Positions 9,396 through 17,604 of a stretch of DNA of 17,828 nt are shown one piece after another (positions within the stretch are counted from its first letter, which is position 1; the number at the start of each line of letters is the position of its first letter). Source of the stretch: Delftia acidovorans NBRC 14950 (GTDB lineage Bacteria > Pseudomonadota > Gammaproteobacteria > Burkholderiales > Burkholderiaceae_C); the NCBI RefSeq assembly GCF_001598795.1, contig NZ_BCZP01000049.1, forward strand, positions 1-17,828, in the 5' to 3' direction. The translations under genes were made by a program, and so were the position numbers. The notes below the pieces were generated by a model, which ran no database searches, had not been told where the DNA came from, and saw only the letters and a program-made list of their open reading frames with translations.

Positions 9396-11051
9396 TCAGG
9401 GGACGATGGGGCGCAGTTGTGCGTCAGCCATGCCCACCAGCAGCGCACGCCCGTCGGGCTCCACGCGGAACTCGCCGTAGCGGGCCTGCTCCCAGCGCTG
9501 GCCATCGCCTTCGCGGAAGTACCAGGCATCCGTCACCAGCGTCCACCGGCCGCCGCGCGGGGTGAGTTCAAAGCGCTGCTCGCCGGGCGCCAGCGGCTCG
9601 CTGGCCGTGCCGGTGCGCAGCCACTGCACCACGCCCTGCTCATCGAGCTTGCCGATGGCGTAGAGGCGTCCGCCGCGCAGGTTCTCTTTCTCCACGTCCC
9701 TGTCCTCGGAAGGCAGGCGGAAGTTCAAACGCATGTAGTCGCCCTGCATCAGGGAGCGCGGGTCCACCGGCGCCAGTTCCACGAACACCTTGCGGCCCTG
9801 GGCGATGGTGCGTTCCTTCTGCGCAATACCGATATTGGCCACCGCCAGCGTGCAGGCCGCCGTCAGCACCACCAGCCACGGCGTCCAGCGCTGCAGGGGC
9901 ACGGCGCCCGATGCGGCGGCGGTCTTCGCGCTGCCTGGCAGGGCTGTGGCGCGCGGCCCTGCCCAGGCCAGCAGGCCCAGCAAGGCGCCGCAGCCGGCCA
10001 GCACCATGGCCTTCGTCGCCAATGGCCAGGCCAGCTGGTAGTAGAAGCTGCCCACGATCCAGGCCGCAGCCAGGGCGGCCGCTGCGGCCTGCCGCCAGCG
10101 GCCGCTGGTGCCGGTCACCGCCAGCGCCAGCAGGCAGGCGCCCAGCCAGGGCAGAAAGGCACTCAGCACGGCCAGCACCACGGCAGCCACGGCGGCGCGC
10201 GGCTGCCGCAGCGTGGGCCATGCGCGCTGGGCGAACCAGGCGGCTGCCAGGGCCAGCACGGCCGAGCCGGCCTGCGTCAGAACGCCCATGGAGATGTTCG
10301 GGGCTGCTTCCTGCGCCAGCTCGCCCGCCAGGCCGCCGCCCAGCACGCCGGCCACCATGAAGCTCCTGCCGGACAGAAAGGCCAGGCCAGCCAGCACCGC
10401 CAGCAGCCAGCCCGTGGCAAAGGGCTCCAGCGCCGCCGCCATGCGGGTCTGTGCCGCAGACTGCCCCAGCGCGCGCCACTGGGCTGCCAGCAGCAGCATC
10501 CAGAGCAGCAGCGCCGCATGCACGATGACCCAGGTCGGCAGGCCTGCGTACAGGGTGGATGGATCGTTGTCCGGCCAGAGCATGGTGCAAAACAGCAGCG
10601 CGCAGGCGGCGCCCAGCAGCACGCGCAGCCAAGGCCTTGGAATGGCGGCCGTGCAGGCCAGCGCAATGGCCAGGCCTATCGCGCCCGCAGCCTGCCCCGA
10701 CAGGTCGCGCGCCAGGCCAAAGCCCAGCAGGCCTGCGCCGGTCAGCATGGCCGGCAGGGCCAGCTGCTCCAGGAAGACGGGCAGCTCCTCGGCGCGCAGC
10801 ACGGCCACGGCTGCGGCCAGCATCATGGCGCCGATCACATAGGTCCCGGCGCCGCGCTCTATCCAGTCGGACAGGGCAAACGCAAACAGAATCAGCAAGG
10901 GCAGAAGGGCCAGCCAGGCGCCCAGCGCCGTGAGCAGCACCACCGCCCAATGGCGGTCGTTGTCGGCAGGGCGGCGGTCCTGCAAGGCGGCAGGCGGCAG
11001 GATGCCCTGGTCCACGGCCTGGCGCAGCAGGGTGTCGTGTTCGTGGCTCAT
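9396..11051 (-). CDS. polytopic membrane protein, DUF4401-like N-terminal region fused to a C-terminal GDYXXLXY domain, 551 aa
   Basis: ATG 11051..11049, with AGGAGG (11063..11058) 6 nt upstream. There are at least 10 hydrophobic segments after MSHEHDTLLRQAVDQGILPPAAL. An Ala/Ser/Thr-rich linker GPRATALPGSAKTAAASGAVPLQ follows, then one TM, then ELAPVDPRSLMQGDYMRLNF (GDYMRLNF at 9743..9720). The track ORF start at 11897 lies inside the upstream gene in another frame and is rejected. Confidence 0.85.
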   Translation of the reverse strand: MSHEHDTLLRQAVDQGILPPAALQDRRPADNDRHWAVVLLTALGAWLALLPLLILFAFALSDWIERGAGTYVIGAMMLAAAVAVLRAEELPVFLEQLALPAMLTGAGLLGFGLARDLSGQAAGAIGLAIALACTAAIPRPWLRVLLGAACALLFCTMLWPDNDPSTLYAGLPTWVIVHAALLLWMLLLAAQWRALGQSAAQTRMAAALEPFATGWLLAVLAGLAFLSGRSFMVAGVLGGGLAGELAQEAAPNISMGVLTQAGSAVLALAAAWFAQRAWPTLRQPRAAVAAVVLAVLSAFLPWLGACLLALAVTGTSGRWRQAAAAALAAAWIVGSFYYQLAWPLATKAMVLAGCGALLGLLAWAGPRATALPGSAKTAAASGAVPLQRWTPWLVVLTAACTLAVANIGIAQKERTIAQGRKVFVELAPVDPRSLMQGDYMRLNFRLPSEDRDVEKENLRGGRLYAIGKLDEQGVVQWLRTGTASEPLAPGEQRFELTPRGGRWTLVTDAWYFREGDGQRWEQARYGEFRVEPDGRALLVGMADAQLRPIVP

Positions 11052-12019
11052 TGAAGGCCTCCTTCCGCGTTGCGTGACATTCGAAGCACCAGGCTGACCG
11101 TGGCCGCCAGCAGGCACGCAGCGCCCAGGCCGACGAGCAGCAGCATGCCCGTGAAGTCCGCCCCCAGTTTCTCCAGCAGCAGGTAGACCAGGCCGCACAC
11201 CAGCAGCACGTTCAGGCCCAGCGCCGCACCGCTGAGCAAAAAGATATCGAAATGCCTGCGCAGGCCCGCCAGCGCCGCCGCGCCTGCCAGCAGCACCAGC
11301 CCCAGCGGGTACTGCGGCGCCACCGTGCTGTGGAACAGCCCGCTGATGGCTGTTGAGGTGATCATCGCCAGCGCCAGCGCGCCCGCGCCGCGCAAGGCCC
11401 ACAGCCCCGCGCCCGTGAAGCGCCGCAGGGCCGGTGCCATGACCGCGGTGACGGCAAGGGCGGCGCCCAGGGCCACGGCATGCACGCCCAGGTCGCGCGA
11501 CTCCACCTCCCAGAACTGCGGCGTATGGGCCTGCGCCCACAGCGCAATGCCCGTCATGGCAACCACCACCCAGGGCACCCAGACGCCATCGCTGCGCGCC
11601 GCCAGGGCCAGCGGCAGGGTCAGCGCTGCCCACAGCGCAAACAGCTGCCAGGGGTCCGCTCCCGTCTGGTAGGTCTGCCCGAAAAAGGCGAACAGCGCAC
11701 CCGTGCCCAGCAGCGCCAGCACCGACAGCGGCACGCGCGCCGCCGCGCGCCATGCCGCGCCAAGACACATCACGAGCACAAAGCCCTGCAGCAGGGCAAA
11801 GCGCTGCATGCGGCCCATGCTCTCCCAATTGGCGGCAATCCACAGTACGATGCCCAGCCCGCCCAGCGCCGCGCCCAGCAAGGCCACCACGGGCCACAGG
11901 CGGGTTCTGAGCGCAGCCGGTTCCTGCTCGAATCCCGCCAGTGCAAACAGCTGCACGGCGGCCTTGCGGTCCAGGCCATGTTGGCGGACAAGGTCATGCA
12001 ATAGGGGGCGCAGGTTCAT
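11048..12019 (-). CDS. DUF2157-like polytopic membrane protein, 323 aa
   Basis: ATG 12019..12017, with AAGGAA (12035..12030) 10 nt upstream. The soluble N-terminal helix MNLRPLLHDLVRQHGLDRKAAVQLFALAGFEQEP is followed by IVLWIAANWESMGRMQRF and multiple TM segments, as I recall for DUF2157. The stop TGA (11050..11048) overlaps the next ATG (ATGA). An alternative upstream ATG at 12103 lacks an SD. Confidence 0.85.
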   Translation of the reverse strand: MNLRPLLHDLVRQHGLDRKAAVQLFALAGFEQEPAALRTRLWPVVALLGAALGGLGIVLWIAANWESMGRMQRFALLQGFVLVMCLGAAWRAAARVPLSVLALLGTGALFAFFGQTYQTGADPWQLFALWAALTLPLALAARSDGVWVPWVVVAMTGIALWAQAHTPQFWEVESRDLGVHAVALGAALAVTAVMAPALRRFTGAGLWALRGAGALALAMITSTAISGLFHSTVAPQYPLGLVLLAGAAALAGLRRHFDIFLLSGAALGLNVLLVCGLVYLLLEKLGADFTGMLLLVGLGAACLLAATVSLVLRMSRNAEGGLQ

Positions 12020-12218
12020 GGTGCGGACGTTCCTTGGCTTGAAGAGTCGGATGCCCGACTGTGCCAGAACCTCGCGTGCATGGATGGCGGCGCAGGACGG
12101 CATTCCGGCGAGCCGTGGGAAGATCGCGGCCAGAGTCCTGCCATCCTCTTGCCATTGCTGCCTAGCCCAATCCTGCCGACATGCCTTTCCTGCCTGCCCC
12201 TTGCCCTGGTGCGCAAAC

Positions 12219-12266
12219 GCACCAGCACCCGCACCCGCATCTGCATCTGCATCTGCATCCGCACCC
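12219..12266. repeat. hexanucleotide tandem repeat (GCAYCN)x8 in a divergent intergenic region
   Basis: GCACCA GCACCC GCACCC GCATCT GCATCT GCATCT GCATCC GCACCC read directly. It is preceded by a C/T-rich tract with eight NTGCC pentamers (12137..12205). Confidence 0.85.
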
Positions 12267-12287
12267 ACAACCTGCAAGGCAGGCGCG

Positions 12288-12821
12288 ATGAAGCGCGGCG
12301 ATGCGCTGGACGGGCAGATCGAGTGGCAGCCGGTCACCCGGCCTGCCGCCATCGCGCTGACGGCCTTTGCCGCCTGGATCATCTGGGGCCACTTCTTCAG
12401 CCAGGGTCACTGGCTGCTGCTGCTGGACAACGCCAACCTGGCACTGCACGAAGCCGGGCATCCGCTGGTGGCCCTGTTCTCGCAGCATCTCTCGGTCTAC
12501 GGCGGCACGCTGTTCCAGCTGCTGTTCCCGGCCCTGTTCATGCGCCATTTCCACAGGCAGGGCCAGCGCACGGGCTGGATTGCCGCGCTGATGTGGCTGG
12601 GAGAGAGCCTCATGAACGTGGCCCACTACATGAAGGACGCGCGCGCCCAGGTGCTGCCGCTGGTGGGCGGGGGCGACCATGACTGGACGGAGATCTTCAG
12701 CCGCTGGGGCGTGCTCCAGGCCGATGTGCGCATCGGCACGCTGACGGCGCTGCTGGGGCTGTGCCTGGTGCTGTGGGGGCTGCGGCTTGCCGTTGCGGCG
12801 CTGCGCTCGCCGCAGGCCTGA
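12288..12821 (+). CDS. small multi-pass membrane protein with HExxH motif (putative membrane-embedded zinc metallopeptidase-like protein), 177 aa
   Basis: High GC3 from ATG 12288, whereas the upstream in-frame region has mixed third positions. HEAGH lies at 12447..12461, right after the first TM (AAIALTAFAAWIIWGHFF). A later GGGDHDWTEIF motif and a C-terminal TM (LTALLGLCLVLWGLRLAV) are present. The family assignment is not verified. Confidence 0.7.
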   Translation: MKRGDALDGQIEWQPVTRPAAIALTAFAAWIIWGHFFSQGHWLLLLDNANLALHEAGHPLVALFSQHLSVYGGTLFQLLFPALFMRHFHRQGQRTGWIAALMWLGESLMNVAHYMKDARAQVLPLVGGGDHDWTEIFSRWGVLQADVRIGTLTALLGLCLVLWGLRLAVAALRSPQA

Positions 12822-12957
12822 CCCGCCATCTGATACGGTCGAATCCGCTGCATCTGCTGCTACCGCCGGGGCAGGGCGCTGGGCATAGTCCAGGCAGTCC
12901 CCGGCAATTCATGACAAGCCCGCATCAAGGGCGCACCGGCCGGGGCGAAGGCCCCGC

Positions 12958-14427
12958 ATGTCAGAACGACCGAAACCGCTTCCCGATGAAACCGCCGCAG
13001 CCCCCCGGCCGCGGCCCGCGCCACGCAAGGTGATTCCCATCACCGACGCCAGCGCGGATTCCCCGCTGTTCGAATCGCGCAGGAAGATCCAGCCGCGCTC
13101 CATCACGGGGCGCTTCACCCATTGGCGCTGGGCCATGGTCTGGCTCACGCAGCTGTTCTTCTATGGCATTCCCTGGCTGCAGATCCATGGCCGGCAGGCC
13201 CTGCTGTTCGACCTGGAGCAGCGGCGCTTCTACGTCTTCGGCTGGCTGCTGTATCCGCAGGACTTCATCTACCTGGCCGTGCTGCTCATCGTCTCGGCGC
13301 TGGCGCTGTTCCTGTTTACCACGGTGGCGGGACGGCTGTGGTGCGGCTTTTCCTGCCCGCAGACGGTCTACACCGAGCTGTTCATGTGGGTGGAGCGCCG
13401 GCTGGAGGGCGACCGCAGCGCGCGGCTGCGGCTGGACGGCAGCGGCTGGGGCGCGGAGAAGATCGCGCGGCGCGGCGGCAAGCATGCGCTGTGGCTGCTG
13501 ATCTCGCTGTGGACGGGGCTGACCTTTGTCGGCTACTTCGTGCCCATCCGCAGCCTGCTGCCCGAGGTGCTGGCGCTGACCGGCGCATGGCAGATCTTCT
13601 GGGTGCTGTTCTATGCGCTGGCCACCTACGGCAACGCGGGCTTCCTGCGCGAGCAGGTCTGCAAGCACATGTGCCCCTATGCGCGCTTCCAGAGCGCCAT
13701 GTTCGACAAGGACACCCTGGTCGTCACCTACGACACCGCACGCGGCGAATCGCGCGGCCCGCGCCACAAGGGGGTGGACTACCGGGCCCAGGGGCTTGGC
13801 GACTGCATCGACTGCACGCTGTGCGTGCAGGTCTGCCCGGTGGGTATCGACATACGCGACGGCCTGCAGTACGAGTGCATTGGCTGCGGCCTGTGCATCG
13901 ACGCCTGCAACAGCGTCATGGACCGCATGCATTACCCGCGCGGGCTGATCCGCCTGTCCACGCAGAACGGCGTGGCCCGGGGCTGGCGCCAGAGCGAGCT
14001 GGTGCGCCGCATCTTCCGCCCGCGCGTGCTCATCTACGGCACGGCGCTGGTGGCCATCTCCACGGCCATGGTGGCCAGCCTGGCGCTGCGCACGCCGCTG
14101 AAGGTGGACGTGGTGCGCGACCGGGGCACGCTGTCGCGCATCGTGGCCGGCGGCCAGATCGAGAACATCTACCGCGTGCAGATCGGCAATGCCACGGAGC
14201 AGGACCAGCGCTATGTGCTGTCGGCCTCGGGCATCGAAGGCCTGCGCGTGGCTTCGGAGACCGAGGTGGACGTGGGCGCGGCCCAGGACCGCTGGGTCGT
14301 GGTGCGGCTGCAGGCGCCCTATGGCGCGGCCGGCCCTGGCTCGCACGGCGTGGAAATCACGGCCACGGCGGTGGGTGACCCGGCGCTTTCCAAGCAGGCG
14401 CACAGCACGTTTCTGGTGCCGCGCTGA
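12958..14427 (+). CDS. ccoG: cytochrome c oxidase (cbb3) accessory protein CcoG/FixG/RdxA, polyferredoxin-type membrane protein, 489 aa
   Basis: Motif [15 protein letters not shown] in the membrane domain. Two 4Fe-4S ferredoxin motifs: [12 protein letters not shown] (from 13804) and [12 protein letters not shown] (from 13876). The C-terminal region after a further TM is consistent with the FixG C-terminal domain. Confidence 0.93.
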   Translation: MSERPKPLPDETAAAPRPRPAPRKVIPITDASADSPLFESRRKIQPRSITGRFTHWRWAMVWLTQLFFYGIPWLQIHGRQALLFDLEQRRFYVFGWLLYPQDFIYLAVLLIVSALALFLFTTVAGRLWCGFSCPQTVYTELFMWVERRLEGDRSARLRLDGSGWGAEKIARRGGKHALWLLISLWTGLTFVGYFVPIRSLLPEVLALTGAWQIFWVLFYALATYGNAGFLREQVCKHMCPYARFQSAMFDKDTLVVTYDTARGESRGPRHKGVDYRAQGLGDCIDCTLCVQVCPVGIDIRDGLQYECIGCGLCIDACNSVMDRMHYPRGLIRLSTQNGVARGWRQSELVRRIFRPRVLIYGTALVAISTAMVASLALRTPLKVDVVRDRGTLSRIVAGGQIENIYRVQIGNATEQDQRYVLSASGIEGLRVASETEVDVGAAQDRWVVVRLQAPYGAAGPGSHGVEITATAVGDPALSKQAHSTFLVPR

Positions 14428-14518
14428 AGGGCCGGTTGGATGGATTGATTCACGAGTACAGCGCAGTTGTTGTGCACGATGCCTGGTCCGCTGCAGCGCG
14501 GGCTGGCATCGGTTTTGA

Positions 14519-14550
14519 GGCCCCGGAAGTTTGTTCCGGGGCCTTTTTTT
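14519..14550 (+). terminator. Rho-independent terminator downstream of ccoG
   Basis: Perfect 10-bp stem GGCCCCGGAA (14519..14528) / TTCCGGGGCC (14534..14543), loop GTTTG, followed by T7 (14544..14550). Confidence 0.9.
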
Positions 14551-14672
14551 CCGTCCATCTGGCGCCGAAGGGCGGCCCCCCAGGCGACTCCCGGGCGACA
14601 CGATCTGGTGTAAATGCTCATAGGGAAATCCGCAGACCCCGCTATGGTGGGCGGCTGTTTTCCGTGCCGCGT

Positions 14673-16523
14673 ATGAACAAGAAACCTGCCTCCCCCGACA
14701 ACGTCTTTTCCGAGTCCAGCGCCTCCGCATCGCTGACCGCCTCCACCACCACAGCCGGCACCACCAGCACCACCGGCAGCAGCCCGGCAGCGGCCACGCC
14801 CTTTCGCTCCGCCCTGATCCGCTCCGGCACCATCCGTGCCACCACGCGCAGCTTCCTGCATGCCCTGGGCCAGGACGACGAAGACATAGAGCGCCCGCAC
14901 ATCGGCGTGTTCCACACGGGCGGGGAGATGAGCCCCTGCAACCTCAACCTGCGCGACCAGGCCCAGCATGCCAAGACCGGCATCTATGCCGGGGGCGGTA
15001 CGCCGCATGAATGCCCGGTGGTGTCGGTCAGCGACGGGCTGACCATGGCGCATTCGGGCATGCGGTTCTCGCTGGTCTCGCGCGAGCTGATCGCCGACAG
15101 CGTGGAGGCTTCGGTGCGCGGCCACCAGTGGGATGGCATCTTCGCCATCGGCGCCTGCGACAAGAACCTGCCGGGGCTGATGATGGGCATGGTGCGCTGC
15201 AATGTGCCCAGCGTCTTCGTGCATGGCGGCTCGGCCCTGCCGGGACAGGCGCCCGGCGTGCACGGGCGCGACCTGAACGTGGTCGATACCTACGAGACCA
15301 TCGGCCAGGTGCTGGCCGGCACCGCCACGGCGCAGGACCTGGAGGCCATGAGCCGCGCCTGCCTGCCCACGGCCGGCGCCTGCGCAGGCCAGTTCACGGC
15401 CAACACCATGGGCATGGTGAGCGAGGCGCTGGGCCTGGCGCCCATCGGCTCCAGCATGGTGCCCGCCGTGTTCAGCGAGCGCGCACCGCTGATGCGCCGC
15501 GCCGCGCGCCAGCTCATGCAGGCCGTGCGGGCCAGCGCCGAAGGCGGCGGCCCGCTGCCGCGCGACATCATCACGCGCCGGGCGCTGGAGAATGCCTGCG
15601 CCGTGGTCAGCGCCACGGGCGGATCGACCAATGCCGCCCTGCACCTGCCGGCCATCGCGCACGAGGCCGGCATTCGCTTCCACCTGGACGACGTGGCCGA
15701 GATCTTCGCGCGCACGCCGCTGATCGCCGACCTGCGCCCCGGCGGGCGCTTCCTGGCGCGCGACGTGTACTACATCGGCGGCGCCGGCGTGATCCTGCGC
15801 ACGCTGATGGAGCAGGGCTTTGTCCACGGCGATGCGCTCACCTTCACGGGCCGCACCCTGGCCGAAGAACTGGCCGATGCCGCGCCGCCCGATGGCGAGG
15901 TGGTGCGCACGCCCGGCAATCCCATCACGCGCGACGGTGGCCTGACCGTGCTCAAGGGCAACCTCTGCCCCGATGGCGCGTTGCTGAAGACGGCCGGCCT
16001 CAAGACCCTGGTGCACCGGGGCCCCGCGCGCGTCTTCGAGTCCGAGGAACAGGCCCAGGCCGCCGTGCAGGCCATGCAGTACGCGGCCGGCGATGTCATC
16101 GTCATCCGCAACGAAGGCCCGCGCGGCAGCCCCGGCATGCGCGAGATGCTGGGCATCACCGCGCTGCTGTATGGCCAGGGCATGGGCGACAAGGTGGCCC
16201 TGCTGACCGATGGGCGCTTCTCTGGTGCCACGCGCGGCCTGTGCATCGGCTACGCAGGCCCCGAGGCCGCCGACAACGGCCCCATTGCCGCGCTGCGCGA
16301 CGGCGACCTCATTGCCATCGACGCCCGCGCCGATGCGCGCAGCATCACGGTGGAAATCGGCGAGGCCGAACTGGCCGCACGTCTGGAACAATCAGCCGCC
16401 GCGCGCCGCCAGGCCCCGCCGCTGGGCGGCGTGCTGGAAAAATACGCGCTCACCGTGCGCCCGGCCCACCAGGGCGCGGTCACGCATTCGGGCCAGGTGG
16501 TCTGGCTGCGCGACGACAGTTGA
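14673..16523 (+). CDS. ilvD: IlvD/Edd-family dehydratase (dihydroxy-acid dehydratase-like), 616 aa, with an N-terminal Ser/Thr-rich extension
   Basis: Core motifs: [102 protein letters not shown] and [11 protein letters not shown]. The track ORF start at 14436 runs through the ccoG terminator and is rejected, so ATG 14673 is the first plausible start (no clear SD). The symbol is tentative: it could be a sugar-acid dehydratase paralogue. Confidence 0.88.
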   Translation: MNKKPASPDNVFSESSASASLTASTTTAGTTSTTGSSPAAATPFRSALIRSGTIRATTRSFLHALGQDDEDIERPHIGVFHTGGEMSPCNLNLRDQAQHAKTGIYAGGGTPHECPVVSVSDGLTMAHSGMRFSLVSRELIADSVEASVRGHQWDGIFAIGACDKNLPGLMMGMVRCNVPSVFVHGGSALPGQAPGVHGRDLNVVDTYETIGQVLAGTATAQDLEAMSRACLPTAGACAGQFTANTMGMVSEALGLAPIGSSMVPAVFSERAPLMRRAARQLMQAVRASAEGGGPLPRDIITRRALENACAVVSATGGSTNAALHLPAIAHEAGIRFHLDDVAEIFARTPLIADLRPGGRFLARDVYYIGGAGVILRTLMEQGFVHGDALTFTGRTLAEELADAAPPDGEVVRTPGNPITRDGGLTVLKGNLCPDGALLKTAGLKTLVHRGPARVFESEEQAQAAVQAMQYAAGDVIVIRNEGPRGSPGMREMLGITALLYGQGMGDKVALLTDGRFSGATRGLCIGYAGPEAADNGPIAALRDGDLIAIDARADARSITVEIGEAELAARLEQSAAARRQAPPLGGVLEKYALTVRPAHQGAVTHSGQVVWLRDDS

Positions 16524-16604
16524 AGCCGCCGGGCTGGCACGCATTTCCCCCCGCTGTTCCCCCACTGTTTTTTCAGAGTTTCAATTTCAACCGGAGACAT
16601 ACGC

Positions 16605-17597
16605 ATGAACATCGACCGCCGCCAATGGCTGGGCACCGCTGGAGCGGGTGCGCTGCTGGCCAGCCTGGGCCAGCAGGCCTGGGCGCAGGCCCAGGGCCCC
16701 ATCGAGACCCTGAACATCATCACCGGCTTCGCGGCCGGAGGCACCTCGGACGCCATCTGCCGCCGCGTGGGCACCAAGCTGTCGGGCTATGCCAAGACCG
16801 CCGTGGTGGAAAACCGCACCGGCGCGGGCGGGCAGATCGCCATCAGCTACGTCAAGGGCCGGCCCGCAGACGGCGCCACCCTGCTGCAGACGCCCACGTC
16901 CATGCTGTCCATCTACCCGCACATCTACAAGAAGCTGCCCTATGACCCGGTGGCCGACCTGGCGCCAGTCACCGTGGGTTGCATCTTCGACTTCGGCTTT
17001 GCCGTCGGCCCCGCCGTGCCCGCCAGCGTGACCACCGTGCCCGAATTCTTCGCCTGGGCCAAGGCCAACCCAGCAGGCGCCAACTTCGGCTCGCCCGCGC
17101 CCGGCTCCACGCCGCACTTCATCGGCGCCCTGCTGGGCCAGCATGCCGGCGTGGACTTCAAGCACGCCGGCTACCGCGGCACCCAGCCGGCGCTGCTGGA
17201 CATGCTGGGCGGCAACGTCTCTGCCGTCTGCGGCCCCGTGGGCGACATGCTGCAGCACCTGGCCGGCGGCAAGATGCGCATCCTGGGCGTCAGCGGCGCC
17301 AAGCGCAGCCGCTTCGCACCCCAGGTGCCCACGCTGGTGGAGCAGGGATACAAGGACATGGCGCACAGCGAATGGTTCGCCTTCTTCGTGCCTGCCAAGA
17401 CCCCCGCCGAGACCGTGCAGCGCCTGAACGGCCACATGCGCAAGGCCCTGGCCACGCCCGACGTGGTGGACAGCCTAGCCACCTTCGGCCTGGACGCCCA
17501 ATCCTCCACCCCCGCCGAACTGGCCGCGCTGCTGCAGTCCGAACTCGCCAAATGGGGCCCCATCGTCAAGCGCGTGGGATTCACAGCAGAGGGCTAA
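16605..17597 (+). CDS. Bug-family (TctC-like) tripartite tricarboxylate transporter substrate-binding protein, 330 aa
   Basis: GGAGA at 16593..16597, 7 nt before ATG 16605. Tat-type leader MNIDRRQWLGTAGAGALLASLGQQAWA. VENRTGAGGQIA and the overall Bug-like pattern are present. Confidence 0.92.
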   Translation: MNIDRRQWLGTAGAGALLASLGQQAWAQAQGPIETLNIITGFAAGGTSDAICRRVGTKLSGYAKTAVVENRTGAGGQIAISYVKGRPADGATLLQTPTSMLSIYPHIYKKLPYDPVADLAPVTVGCIFDFGFAVGPAVPASVTTVPEFFAWAKANPAGANFGSPAPGSTPHFIGALLGQHAGVDFKHAGYRGTQPALLDMLGGNVSAVCGPVGDMLQHLAGGKMRILGVSGAKRSRFAPQVPTLVEQGYKDMAHSEWFAFFVPAKTPAETVQRLNGHMRKALATPDVVDSLATFGLDAQSSTPAELAALLQSELAKWGPIVKRVGFTAEG

Positions 17598-17604
17598 AAA
17601 GAAC

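Noticed and set aside
12197-12236. Potential G-quadruplex on the minus strand (C-tracts at 12197..12200, 12204..12206, 12228..12230 and 12234..12236 on the + strand).
   Set aside because: The central loop would be about 21 nt and the tracts are only 3-4 long. In a genome this GC-rich such patterns occur often by chance.
12084-12287. Possible N-terminal extension of the HExxH protein, or a separate peptide, encoded through the hexamer repeat (…PAPAPASASASASAPTT…), or the minus-strand ADADADADAGAGAG reading.
   Set aside because: Third-position G/C content is mixed here, against above about 90% in neighbouring genes. There is no SD for the ATG at 12084. The repeat is more simply explained as a non-coding microsatellite.
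12829-12930. FNR/Anr box (TTGAT-N4-ATCAA) upstream of ccoG, for example CTGATACGGTCGAAT at about 12830 and an ATCAA half-site at about 12923.
   Set aside because: Only one half-site matches in each case, and no properly spaced dyad is present.
16535-16550. Sigma-54 -24-like element TGGCACG upstream of the second Bug gene.
   Set aside because: The expected -12 TTGC(A/T) element at the fixed spacing is replaced by TCCCC, with no GC dinucleotide. No enhancer-binding protein gene is in the window.
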